Source: Eledone cirrhosa
Lineage: Eukaryota
Assembly (NCBI GenBank): GCA_964016885.1
Contig: OZ024748.1
Span: forward strand, 22,444,001-22,508,000
Length of the DNA stretch: 64,000 nt
Direction of reading: 5' to 3'
Below, one piece after another: positions 53,716 through 64,000 of the stretch; positions within the stretch are counted from its first letter, which is position 1, and each line of letters starts with the position of its first letter. The notes beneath the pieces are model-generated. The model made no database searches. It was given only the letters and a program-made list of their open reading frames with translations, and was not told where the DNA came from. The translations under genes were made by a program, and so were the position numbers.

Positions 53716-55570
53716 GTGGGTAAGATATAAGATGTGTCATGTCTGTGGACAAGACAAGTCACTCATCTGACAAGAACCATAAAGTAGACAACATATTTGT
53801 TTGTTTTCAACAATCTTTTCCGGTGAAAGATGGCGTGTTGGACCTCCGTCAGTTCCAACGATGAGTATTTCAGTTGTACGAAGAAATGGAACAATCTGCT
53901 CGTGAAATTTAATGTGCAAGTGTCTGAGAATTCAACAGAATAAAGGAACGAAAACGGGAGTAAGATATAACAACGGTGTACACTTTTGACTTAACGTCAT
54001 GATATTTCGGTGTTTGAAGCCCTTTTTTTCAAAAGAAAAAAAATGAAGTGTGATGGCGGTAGCTCGCTGCGCCCTTCAGCCCTACACTTTTCTACTGCTT
54101 AAAGTGTATCAACTTACTGAATGTACCAAAATGAAATAAAAGTATATCATAAAATTATTCTACATCAGTTTGTTAGCTTTCTTCAGAAACCAATCAGTTG
54201 TCGAACCATCTCTGACCCATTCATTTATTAATATTTTCTTAGACGATGATATTTTTTTAATATTGTGGCTAAGTTTAGCAACTTTGTTGTTATTAAAATC
54301 AAGAAAAATTTATTTTGCTATCCTCTCTTCCTCTTAGAGCAGTTTTGCATTCGTTAGCAATCAGCAAGCTATGAGTTTTACAAACATCTTTTAATGTTTT
54401 CTTTTAATATGTATTTCAACAGCAGTGTCTATTGCTACCTTATTTCACTTTATTTCTGAAGTGGTATATTACTCATTTTCTAGTTACCCATATATTAACT
54501 ATATTTCCAAACATGATGAGTTCTTAAATAAATATAAATATCTTCATTATTTTTCCCCTTATTTACCTTCTAAACTTACTGAGAATATGATTTTCTATTT
54601 CGTTTTTAATGTCAACATTATTTCAAGAAATTCTTTTCTATTTAATTCCTTAATATATTCGCAGCTTGTATGAACTGCACACCCTTTTTTTTTCTTTCAT
54701 TTTGCTTTTCTACAGTCTTTATATTTATACAAAAACAGGCTTGAATACGTATTAAAATTTAAATAATATTGAAAGTTCAGAAAAATTGACTTTACAGACT
54801 TGCAGTTTGTTATTTGATTAGATTTGCAGAAATTTGTTTAAGGTTTTACTTCCAGGCTTCCTCGTGATTACTACTTAAACAGTTGGTAACACGAAGATGC
54901 GTGCTCAAGATTAGAAACAAAATTGAAAATATATAACCAGCCTTATGCAATATATGTAGAAGCTTCTCTCTTTTGAATTCCTCTTTTAGGAATTTTGGAC
55001 ATTAATATTTAGCAAGCAATTCTTTCATTTCTAGAACTATTTCCTCTTTTAATGGTTTTATCAACCCTGCCAAACAGCCCGCTAAATATACACACGTGGT
55101 CTAAGAATTAAACACAATACAACGTAAACACTCACACGTGCATACGTACTCTCACAGAACAGTGCAACAGATTTAGACTCGTCAACACATCTATAAATAC
55201 AAAATCAGTTAACAAATTTGGTCCCTAGTCACTGAATATAGCTTTAGCTATCCTGTCACTTTTTGTCAGTTCGTCCACACGTGGCCATTTTCCAAAATCA
55301 TTTTATCCTTTTCACCGTCACTTTTCATTCTTTTTCTGCACTTCCCTCCGTTCCTTCCGTGTTTTCGAAAGAACAACATAGTCCGAAACGTCGTCATTAA
55401 GTTTGTTCCACTTAAGCTGGACGACACCATAATAACTTTAATGAGTATCACATCCCATCTTGTATTTAGTTTCTTGCCAAAATCAAGGGATCTGTTATTT
55501 TTATCTAAAGACATTTTTTTCCAATTCCACCGCGCCCGTCCCTTCAATCTATCTTATTTCTCATTCTTTA

Positions 55571-55605
55571 TTTTGATGAAGGATTAGCATCAGAAACGTT
55601 AAGAC
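55571..55605 (+). ncRNA. Degenerate minimal hammerhead-like motif
   Basis: ttTGATGA-aggattagcatca-GAAACGTT-aagac followed by agcgttaacttaata, as at 3540 and 9490. Confidence 0.4.
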
Positions 55606-55713
55606 CCTCTTCCTTCTATTTCAAGCGTTAACTTAATATATTCCTTCCGAATACTGTACCGATTGTGTTGTTATTTCTGTTTACCTTTTACACACACACA
55701 CACAGACACACAA

Positions 55714-55777
<64 letters not shown>

Positions 55778-55891
55778 ATATGCGTGTGTGTGTGTATCTT
55801 ACCGTTCATCTTGCAACCCCCCTCGCAACGCCATCTATGGACCCTTGTTTCAAACATATTAAAACATTGTTGTTATTATTATTACCATTAT

Positions 55892-56248
55892 CAGGGTAGA
55901 GAGGGAAGTGCTCTCTTCCCACCATTTTGTTGAAAGATGGGTGAGAGAGGCAAGAATGGCCCGAGTGAATGGGCCTACTCTGAGTATGTGTCTGTAAATT
56001 AAAGGTGGAAAACTGGAAGAGGGCACTTGCCCTGGTGGTCAGGGTCACTGTGGCTTTTTAATGGGCTTGCTCCACGAATGTCCCTCGGAAGTTTCCCCCG
56101 TATTGGGGAATTTTTCATTGTTATTTTTTTGTTACATCCTCTGTTTTTGTTTTTTACACGCAGAAATGCCCATTTGTACCGTCCTGTATTGTCCTGTACT
56201 GTCCTTAATGTCTACTTTATGTAAACCCCTGTGGTTAATAAAAAAAAA
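55892..56248 (+). mobile_element. 5'-truncated L1/Tx1-like LINE 3' end with poly(A) and 18-bp TSD
   Basis: TSD tattattattaccattat at 55874-55891 and 56249-56266, aataaaaaaaaa tail, and ORF end RVEREVLSSHHFVERWVREARMARVNGPTLSMCL* (FxxRW motif). The clade assignment is tentative. Confidence 0.75.
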
Positions 56249-56378
<130 letters not shown>

Positions 56379-56468
56379 GTTATAAAAAATAATAAGAATT
56401 ATCTTAGTTACTTAGGTTTTTTGCCTTGAAGGAATCTAACCGACTTTCCTGTCAAATTAATACCTTGT

Positions 56469-56559
<91 letters not shown>

Positions 56560-56944
56560 CATATATATAAATTGTGTCTTCCTGTTATTTTATCTTTGTG
56601 TCCAACCTCTCTGTAAAGGTTTGTGTTTGTGTGTCTGGGTCTGTGTGAGTGTGTCTGAATGAGTAGATGTGCGTGTATGCGTGTTTATATCTGTATCTGT
56701 ATATGTCTAAGTATATGTGTGTATGTGTCTATGTGTGTATGTGTGTGTTGAATTGAAAGAAAATGAAAAATAAGTTCTTTTAATTTACGTTGCCTCACTC
56801 ATCTTTATTTACTTTTCATCAGTGGATACAGGGTGGCATTGATATATATATATATATATATACATGGAAAGTTATATTTAAATTGTTGGGTTAACAACGA
56901 GTGGTATGTCGTATCTATTTATTTATAAGACTGTTTATATTGTA

Positions 56945-57006
56945 TTTTGTCTGAAGATGGCATAACATATTGTTAATATGATATCCCTGAAATATATATA
57001 ACGAAA
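56945..57006 (+). ncRNA. Type I hammerhead ribozyme, second locus of the 52055 family
   Basis: TTTTGT-CTGAAGA-tggcataacatatt(gtt)aatatgatatccct-GAA-ATATATAT-A-ACGAAA. Relative to 52055 the core differs only at the variable N7 position, and a stem I G-U becomes G-C. Confidence 0.72.
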
Positions 57007-57045
57007 TAAATATGGTTTTATAAATATAGCTTCCATTTATTTAAT

Positions 57046-57096
<51 letters not shown>

Positions 57097-57099
<3 letters not shown>

Positions 57100-57270
57100 A
57101 ACGAGTGGGACCCGGACGGCTGAGCTCAAGCCGTTTCGACGAATTAGCCGTCGAAACGGCTTGAGCTCAGCCGTCGGGTCCCACTCGTTCCTATTACCCA
57201 CTCTACTACCCTAAGTATTGAGTACTTTCGTGCGTTATGGTCCACCTGGTTCCTTACCACATTTCCTTCG

Positions 57271-57272
<2 letters not shown>
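57097..57272 (+). mobile_element. Family A fold-back element
   Basis: Arms ggaacgagtgggaccc..gacggctgagctcaagccgtttcgac / gtcgaaacggcttgagctcagccgtcgggtcccactcgttcc. Confidence 0.85.
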
Positions 57273-57338
<66 letters not shown>

Positions 57339-58319
57339 CGTCGATGAATTTGTTTTGCAAGGTTTTTTATATGAAATCGTGTGTCGAAACAAATATTGTT
57401 ATATTTGGGGAGGGTCATATTGTTGTAATAATATTGCCAGAAATAATAACAGAACACACTCACTGTTTGGTTGGTTTTCTCTTCTGCATCTTTTATATCT
57501 CCATAGTTAATTCATTTGGCCATCAATGTTTAACACTGACTGACCAACGGTCAAAAATACAGATCTAAATACATATATATAGTCTAGCAAAGTCCTTTCG
57601 TTGCCCATCTGCAACATCATCAATGGTAGTAGTATCGTGTTTCCCCTGCTGTATTGTACGTATTGTAATGTCTACGCCATTACATTTTTAATGCGATGAA
57701 ATACCCATGATCGTTTGGTAAATCACTGATGAGGGACTCATTTTATAACATGTTATCCATGTGCAACCAGCAGTATTCTTCTCACCCATATTTTCATATA
57801 TATATATATATACTGCTGCATTAGTGCGGCAGAAACTCGAGTCCGGGAACCTTATAGGCACCCGTTTTACGTGTGCTGTGTTGATGCACATAACTATGTG
57901 TATACTCTGGTAATGTATCTTACATTGCCCATTGAGTGCGCTGAGATACAACCGGTACTGGCATTGATAAATATGTTGGGTCCGTCAACCCTTATTATAT
58001 ATATATATATATATATATATGGGGGGCGTGGGGGGATGTATATATATGTATGTGTGTGTGTGTGGATGTGGGTGTATATACATATATATATATATATACA
58101 TATGTATGTGTCTGTATTTATATATATATATATATATGTATCTATTGTATGTACGCATGCATAATTAGGAGTGAGTGTATTAATATATGAAGGTTTCAAG
58201 CACGGTCATATTTACAAACAAAAGTGACACTTGCTGACACATACATAGATACACAGTCACACACACACACAGAGTCACAGGCACACACAGTCACACACAC
58301 ACACACACACACACAATCT

Positions 58320-58361
<42 letters not shown>

Positions 58362-58454
58362 AACCGTTTAACAGACGTTCGCACCTGTAACACTACTAAA
58401 ATTGGTTGCATTAATTACGATAATAAAATTAACAACAATGCGACACGAATAAAA

Positions 58455-58845
58455 ATAATGGTTTCTGATATAGGCACAAGTCCAGCAATTTTTTTTTTTT
58501 GTTTTTTTTTTTTGGGGGGGGGGGGGGGGCGATTAAATCGACCCCAGTGCGTGACCTCGGCGGGATTTGAACTCATATCATAAAGGGAGTAACTCCATGC
58601 TGCAAAATATGGCGTCAGACGCTCTACCGATACTGCCAATCCACCGCCCTAAATAACTGTTTCTACTTTAGGCACAAGGCCAGTAATTACCCTAGTGCAT
58701 TATGGTTACTTTATTTTATCGACCCCGTAAGGATGAAAGACAAAGTTAACCTCGGCAGGATTTGAAATCAGACCGTAGAGGGTCATAACTCTATGCTGCA
58801 AAGCATGATGTCTGACGCTCTACCGATACTGTCAATCCACCGCCA
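58455..58845 (-). mobile_element. SINE family 1 tandem dimer
   Basis: Two head-to-tail reverse copies, the left one lacking the core. Confidence 0.85.
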
Positions 58846-59328
58846 CCACCGCCACCACTAATGATGATGATGATGATGATTATGATGATGATAATGTTAA
58901 TAATTAATATTTCTATATTATACAGCCATGGTTTACAAAAAGCACATTCATGACGGTAGCGTCTGATACTGAGTGTTTTTACTTAAATACGTGTAAAAAG
59001 GGAATTAAAGAAAACAATAAAATAAATGGGTACCAATAAAATGAAACAAAGAAAAAATAATAATCTTTTATTTCATTTTATCACCGGGGCACATTCATAC
59101 ATAAAACAAAGGGGTTACTTAGCCGTGTAGGGCTGGGGTATATACGTGTCTATATAAAAATTGGGTTAGGGCAAGGCCATTATATTAGAATGTATGACAT
59201 GAAACGTTGTTTTTCAATGTCAGCCATTTTAAAATTATTGTTATATATGTCTATAGGGACGTAGTTGGTTAATCTATTTTGTATCACTCGGATAGTTTTA
59301 TTATATTTATTTCGCTTATATTTATTCG

Positions 59329-59740
59329 AGGGCAGTGGATTGGCAGTATCGGTAGAGGGTCGGACGCCATGTTTTGCAGCATAGAGTTATGGCCCTTTAC
59401 GTTCTGAGTTCAAATCCCGCCGAGGTTAACTCTGCCTTTCATCCTTACGGGGTCGATAAAATAAAATACCCGTAATGCACTAGGGTAATTACTGGCCTTG
59501 TGCCTAAAGTAGAAACAGTTATTTAGGGCGGTGGATTGGCAGTATCGGTAGAGCGTCTGACGCCATATTTTGCAGCATGGAGTTACTCCCTTTATGATAT
59601 GAGTTCAAATCCCGCCGAGGTTAACTTTGCCTTTCGTCCTTATGGGGTCGATAAAATAAAGTACCAGTCACGATTTAATCGACTTTCCCTCCCCCCCCCC
59701 CCAATTTACTGGCCTTGTGCCTACATCAGAAACCATTATA
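59329..59740 (+). mobile_element. SINE family 1 tandem dimer
   Basis: Two head-to-tail copies starting at 59329 and 59526. Confidence 0.88.
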
Positions 59741-59928
59741 TTTATTTCGTTTCATTTTCCCAGGTGACACTGTTTTATAATCATTTATTTTATGCCCCTC
59801 TTTAATATGGTAACCGTTGAACAATCACGACTGCTTTCTTTTTTATACGAGTTCAAATTAGGACATGATATAAATGAAGCTACGAAAAACATAAATATGC
59901 CATTTGAAGAGAGCTAAGTTAAGTTTCG

Positions 59929-59996
59929 GGTGGTGGTGGTGGTGGTGGTGGTGGTGGTGGTGGTGGTGGTGGTGGTGGTGGTGGTGGTGGTGGTGG

Positions 59997-60027
<31 letters not shown>

Positions 60028-60864
60028 GGTGATGGTGGTAGTGGTGGTGGTGGTGGTAGTGGTGGTGGTGGTGGTGGTGGTGGTGGTGGTGGTGGTGGTA
60101 GTGATGGTAGTGGTGGTGGTGGTGGTGGTGGTGGTGGTGGTGGTGGTGGTGGTGGTGGTGGTGGTGGTGATGGTGGTGCTGGTGGTGCTGGTGGTGATGG
60201 TGGTAGTGGTGGTGGTGGTGGTAGTGGTGGTGGTGGTGGTGGTGGTGGTGGTGGTAGTAGTAGTGATGGTAGTGGTGGTGGTGGTGGTGATGGTGGCGGT
60301 GCTGGTGGTGGTGATGGTGGCGGTGCTGGTGGTGCGGGTGGTGTTGGTGGTGGTGGTCGTGGTGGTAGTAGTGATGGTAGTGGTGGTGGTGGTGGTAGTG
60401 GTGGTGGTGGTTCTGGTGGTGGTGGTGGTGCTGGTTGTGGTGGCGATGGTGGTGCTAGCGGTGGTAGGGGGGGGGGGGGGGGGGGTAGTGGTGGTGGTGG
60501 TGGTGGTGGTAGTAGTGGTGGTAGTGTTGGTACTGGTGGTGGTGGTGTTGGTGGTGCTGGTAGTGGTGCTGGTGCCGGTGGTGATGGTGGTGGTGCTGGT
60601 GATGATGGTGGTGGTGGTAGTGGTGGTGGTGTTGGTGCTGGTGGTGATAGTGGTAGTGGTGCTGGTGGTGGTAGTTCTGGTGGTGGTGGTCGTCGTGGTG
60701 ATGGTGGTGCTGGTAGTGGTGGTGGTGGTGTTGCTGGTGGTGGTGGTGGTGCTGATGGTGGTGGTGGTAGTGGTGGTGGTGCTGGTGCAGGTGGTGGTGG
60801 TGGTGGTGGTGCTGGTGGTGGTAGTGTTACTGGTGGTGGTGGTGCTGCTGATGGTGGTGGTGTG
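59929..60864. repeat. (GGT)n degenerate trinucleotide microsatellite
   Basis: Direct reading. It produces the spurious poly-Val ORF. Confidence 0.95.
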
Positions 60865-60973
60865 TTAGGGGGGGGGGATATGAAAATTTACTCAAGAGAC
60901 GAGAACCTTCAGTATAAATATTGAGGGAAACGGACGTCTCAATAACAAATGTAAAATCAAGAACAAATTGATT

Positions 60974-61025
<52 letters not shown>

Positions 61026-61058
61026 ACACACACACACACACACACACGCACGCGCGCC

Positions 61059-61180
61059 ATTTACGTTCTGAGTTCATAATCCCGCCGAGAATAACTTTGC
61101 CTTTCATCTTTACGGGATCGATAAAATAAAGTACCAGTCACGCACTGGGGTCGATTTAAATCGACTTTCCCCTCCCCCAA
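61059..61180 (+). mobile_element. SINE family 1 fragment between duplicated aaatcaagaacaaattgattaaa-(CA)n
   Basis: The core is present, and a 23-bp sequence is repeated at about 60954 and 61179. Confidence 0.75.
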
Positions 61181-61200
61181 ATCAAGAACAAATTGATTAA

Positions 61201-61275
<75 letters not shown>

Positions 61276-61817
61276 TACACACACACATACATACACACAC
61301 ACATACACACGCGCGCGCACGCCTGCACATACACAGGCGTTGATCACAGGCAACATCCATAAGTTCTGTTAGTCACGCTTGGGCATCCAGTTGGATCATT
61401 TGAAGAAGTTTGCTTCTAATACGACCATCTGGCAGGCAGGTTCCAAGTACTATGATAAAGTTAGATCTGTGTATATCTATACAGTAGAAAGGCAACCGAG
61501 ACAGCTTAAATGTGTCTAGAAATTTGCAGATTTTCACTATATAGACATTTAAACATACCAAATACACATTTCCCTTTTAGATGAGGAACTGAATTAAGTT
61601 CTTCAAACAATAAATACACACACGTACACACGCACACACACACACGCATACACACACACACGCATACACACACACACACACACAAGCACACACAATAACT
61701 TGCAATGGCCTATTCAACAACAAATACCCAGGGAAAATTAGTTTACCTGATATGTGTGCATGTGTCTGTGTATGTGCGTGCGCATGCCTATATTATATTC
61801 ATATATATGTAAATGCA

Positions 61818-61911
<94 letters not shown>

Positions 61912-61995
61912 GTGAAGTCAACAAGGAAAAATATCACAGGAAACCGCTACACTGTAATGATGGTGTATGTGTGTGTATGTGTATATATATGTGTG

Positions 61996-62059
<64 letters not shown>

Positions 62060-62061
62060 TA

Positions 62062-62131
<70 letters not shown>

Positions 62132-63135
62132 TATATATATATGCACTCATATTTGATATTCATCCTAAAACATTGCACAATTTCTCATTAATAGTTCTTA
62201 CAGAAGTTGTTGCAAATGAGACTGCAGACCCCATTTATTTCCCATGGGGACTGAACAATAGGGCACAACTCAAACAGTGTCTGTGGTTCGAATAAACGCC
62301 ACTTGTTACGGCTTGGCGTCGTTGTGTCTTAAGCTGGAATGAAATTACTATCGACATCTATTAGAATCTACTGTTTGATTGCTCTCATATTTGCGATCCC
62401 TTTACATCAAAGACGCGTGGGTGTTCATGTAAATTTGGTTAAACTTTATTGGATGGCTTCTTTACTTTAATCCAATCGCGATAAGTGGGTATTGTTTGTT
62501 CTATTGAATTAGTACAATTGGTTGGAGAAAGATATAAACGTATCGGCAATAAAACAAAATATCTAACTGGCAAAGGATTTAAAGAAAATTGCTGAATGCG
62601 GAATTAAGAGCTAGTAATTAAAAAGCCAAGTTTGAGATTACTGCGTCAATAAACAATAACTTTTATATAAATTATATTGTAGGGTTTATTGCTTTACGAT
62701 TACTATTTCAGCACTGAAGAAACTCGTCGCTAAAAAGGAATCTGCCACTAAGTCACGTAATCGATCCGCCATTTTACTATTTCAATTGCTGTAATAATGT
62801 TCTTTGATATGATTTGTATGGAAATAGAATCCACTAAAAGATACTCTGTTCAGATAAATGGTATCGTTCTTTTCAGCTTTGAAGCCCACGATTTTAGTGA
62901 AAATACAGTAATTTTTTCTATTGGCACAATATCAAAAATGTATAATAAAGAGCTGTAGTTGATGGAATCTACTAAGTTGATAGCCATTATTTGTCATATT
63001 CACCCCTGTGGCAACAATTGCAAACTCGACCTTAGCAGGATTTTATCTCAGAATGCAGACCCATAAAGCTACATATTGTATGATATTTAGTGTGGTGCTG
63101 TATAATGTCTATCATTTGTCTGATATACAATAAAA

Positions 63136-63727
63136 TAATAATTGTTTCTACTTTTGGCACAAACCCAGTAATTATCCCAGTGTATTACTGGTACTTTATT
63201 TTATCGGCCCCGTAAGGATGAAAGGCAAAGTTAACCTCGGCGGGATTTGAACTCAAACCATATCCCGCCGAGGTTAACTTTGCCTTTCATCCTTACGGGG
63301 CCGATAAAATAAAGTACCAGTAATACACTGGTTACAATCCACTAATAATTGTTTCTACTTTTGGCACAAGGCAAGCAATTACCCAGTACATTACTGGTAC
63401 TTTATTTTATCGGCCCCGTAAGGATGAAAGGCAAAGTTAACCTCGGCGGGATTTGAACTCAAACCATATCCCGCCGAGGTTAACTTTGCCTTTCATCCTT
63501 ACGGGGCCGATAAAATAAAGTACCAGTAATACACTGGATACAATCCACTAATAATTGTTTCTACTTTTGGCACAAGGCCAGCAATTACCCAGTACATTAC
63601 AGGTACTTTATTTTATGGACCCGGTAAGGATGAAAGGCAAAGTCAACCTCGGCGGGATTTGAACTCAGATCATAAAGGGACGTAACTATGCTAGAAAGCA
63701 TGGCCGACCCTCTACCGATACTGCCAC
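63136..63727 (-). mobile_element. SINE family 1 with two tandem fold-back units (about 206-bp period)
   Basis: Units start at 63136, 63343 and 63549. The first two contain inverted arms of about 70 bp around ttgaactcaaaccat. Confidence 0.9.
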
Positions 63728-63784
63728 CTACATCATTATTAGAGGCTCCATTATTTTTTCCTGTGCGATTTTTTTCCTGCTGAT

Positions 63785-64000
63785 CTGATCAACGGAACAG
63801 CCTGCTCGTGAAATTAACATGCAAGTGGCTGAGCATTCTACAAGTACACATACCCTGAACGTAGTTCTCCGGGAGATTCGGCGTGACTCAGAATGTGACA
63901 AGACAGGCCCAACTCATTTTTGCCTGCTGAGTGAACTGGAGCAACGTGAAATAAAGGGTCTTGCTCAAGAACACAGCGTACCGCCTGGAATCGCACTCAT
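63785..64000 (-). mobile_element. SINE family 2, truncated by the window end
   Basis: Reverse-complement homologue of 39350-39580. A further tail fragment lies at about 53835-53935. Confidence 0.8.

Noticed and set aside
61372-61530. Possible exon (open on both strands)
   Set aside because: There is no recognisable protein motif, and the strand and splice sites are ambiguous. RNA-seq or BLASTx would be needed.

Overview
Very repeat-dense animal genomic DNA with no confidently recognisable host gene. The SINE families and the extreme (TA)n/(CA)n load suggest a cephalopod such as Octopus (inference). Almost all ORFs in the supplied track are translations of microsatellites. Recognisable parts are two tRNA-derived SINE families (about 25 copies), an internally deleted mariner, RTE and L1/Tx1-like LINE 3' fragments, an 8.9-kb minisatellite and many microsatellites. 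The main result is a hidden layer of hammerhead-ribozyme (HHR) elements. (i) A near-perfect 310-bp tandem array (45121-48074) carries one complete type I HHR per monomer, 10 in total, and flips orientation in the middle. It looks like a non-LTR retrozyme (circular-RNA-producing, non-autonomous retroelement). (ii) More than 15 short fold-back palindromes from apparently unrelated sequence families lie in or beside (TA)n tracts, and most contain a complete or half HHR core, often with the fold-back point at the ribozyme. This is consistent with Penelope-like-element (PLE) machinery mobilising many small ribozyme RNAs into (TA)n sites. All pairings were read by eye. No folding or database search was run, and element boundaries are approximate.
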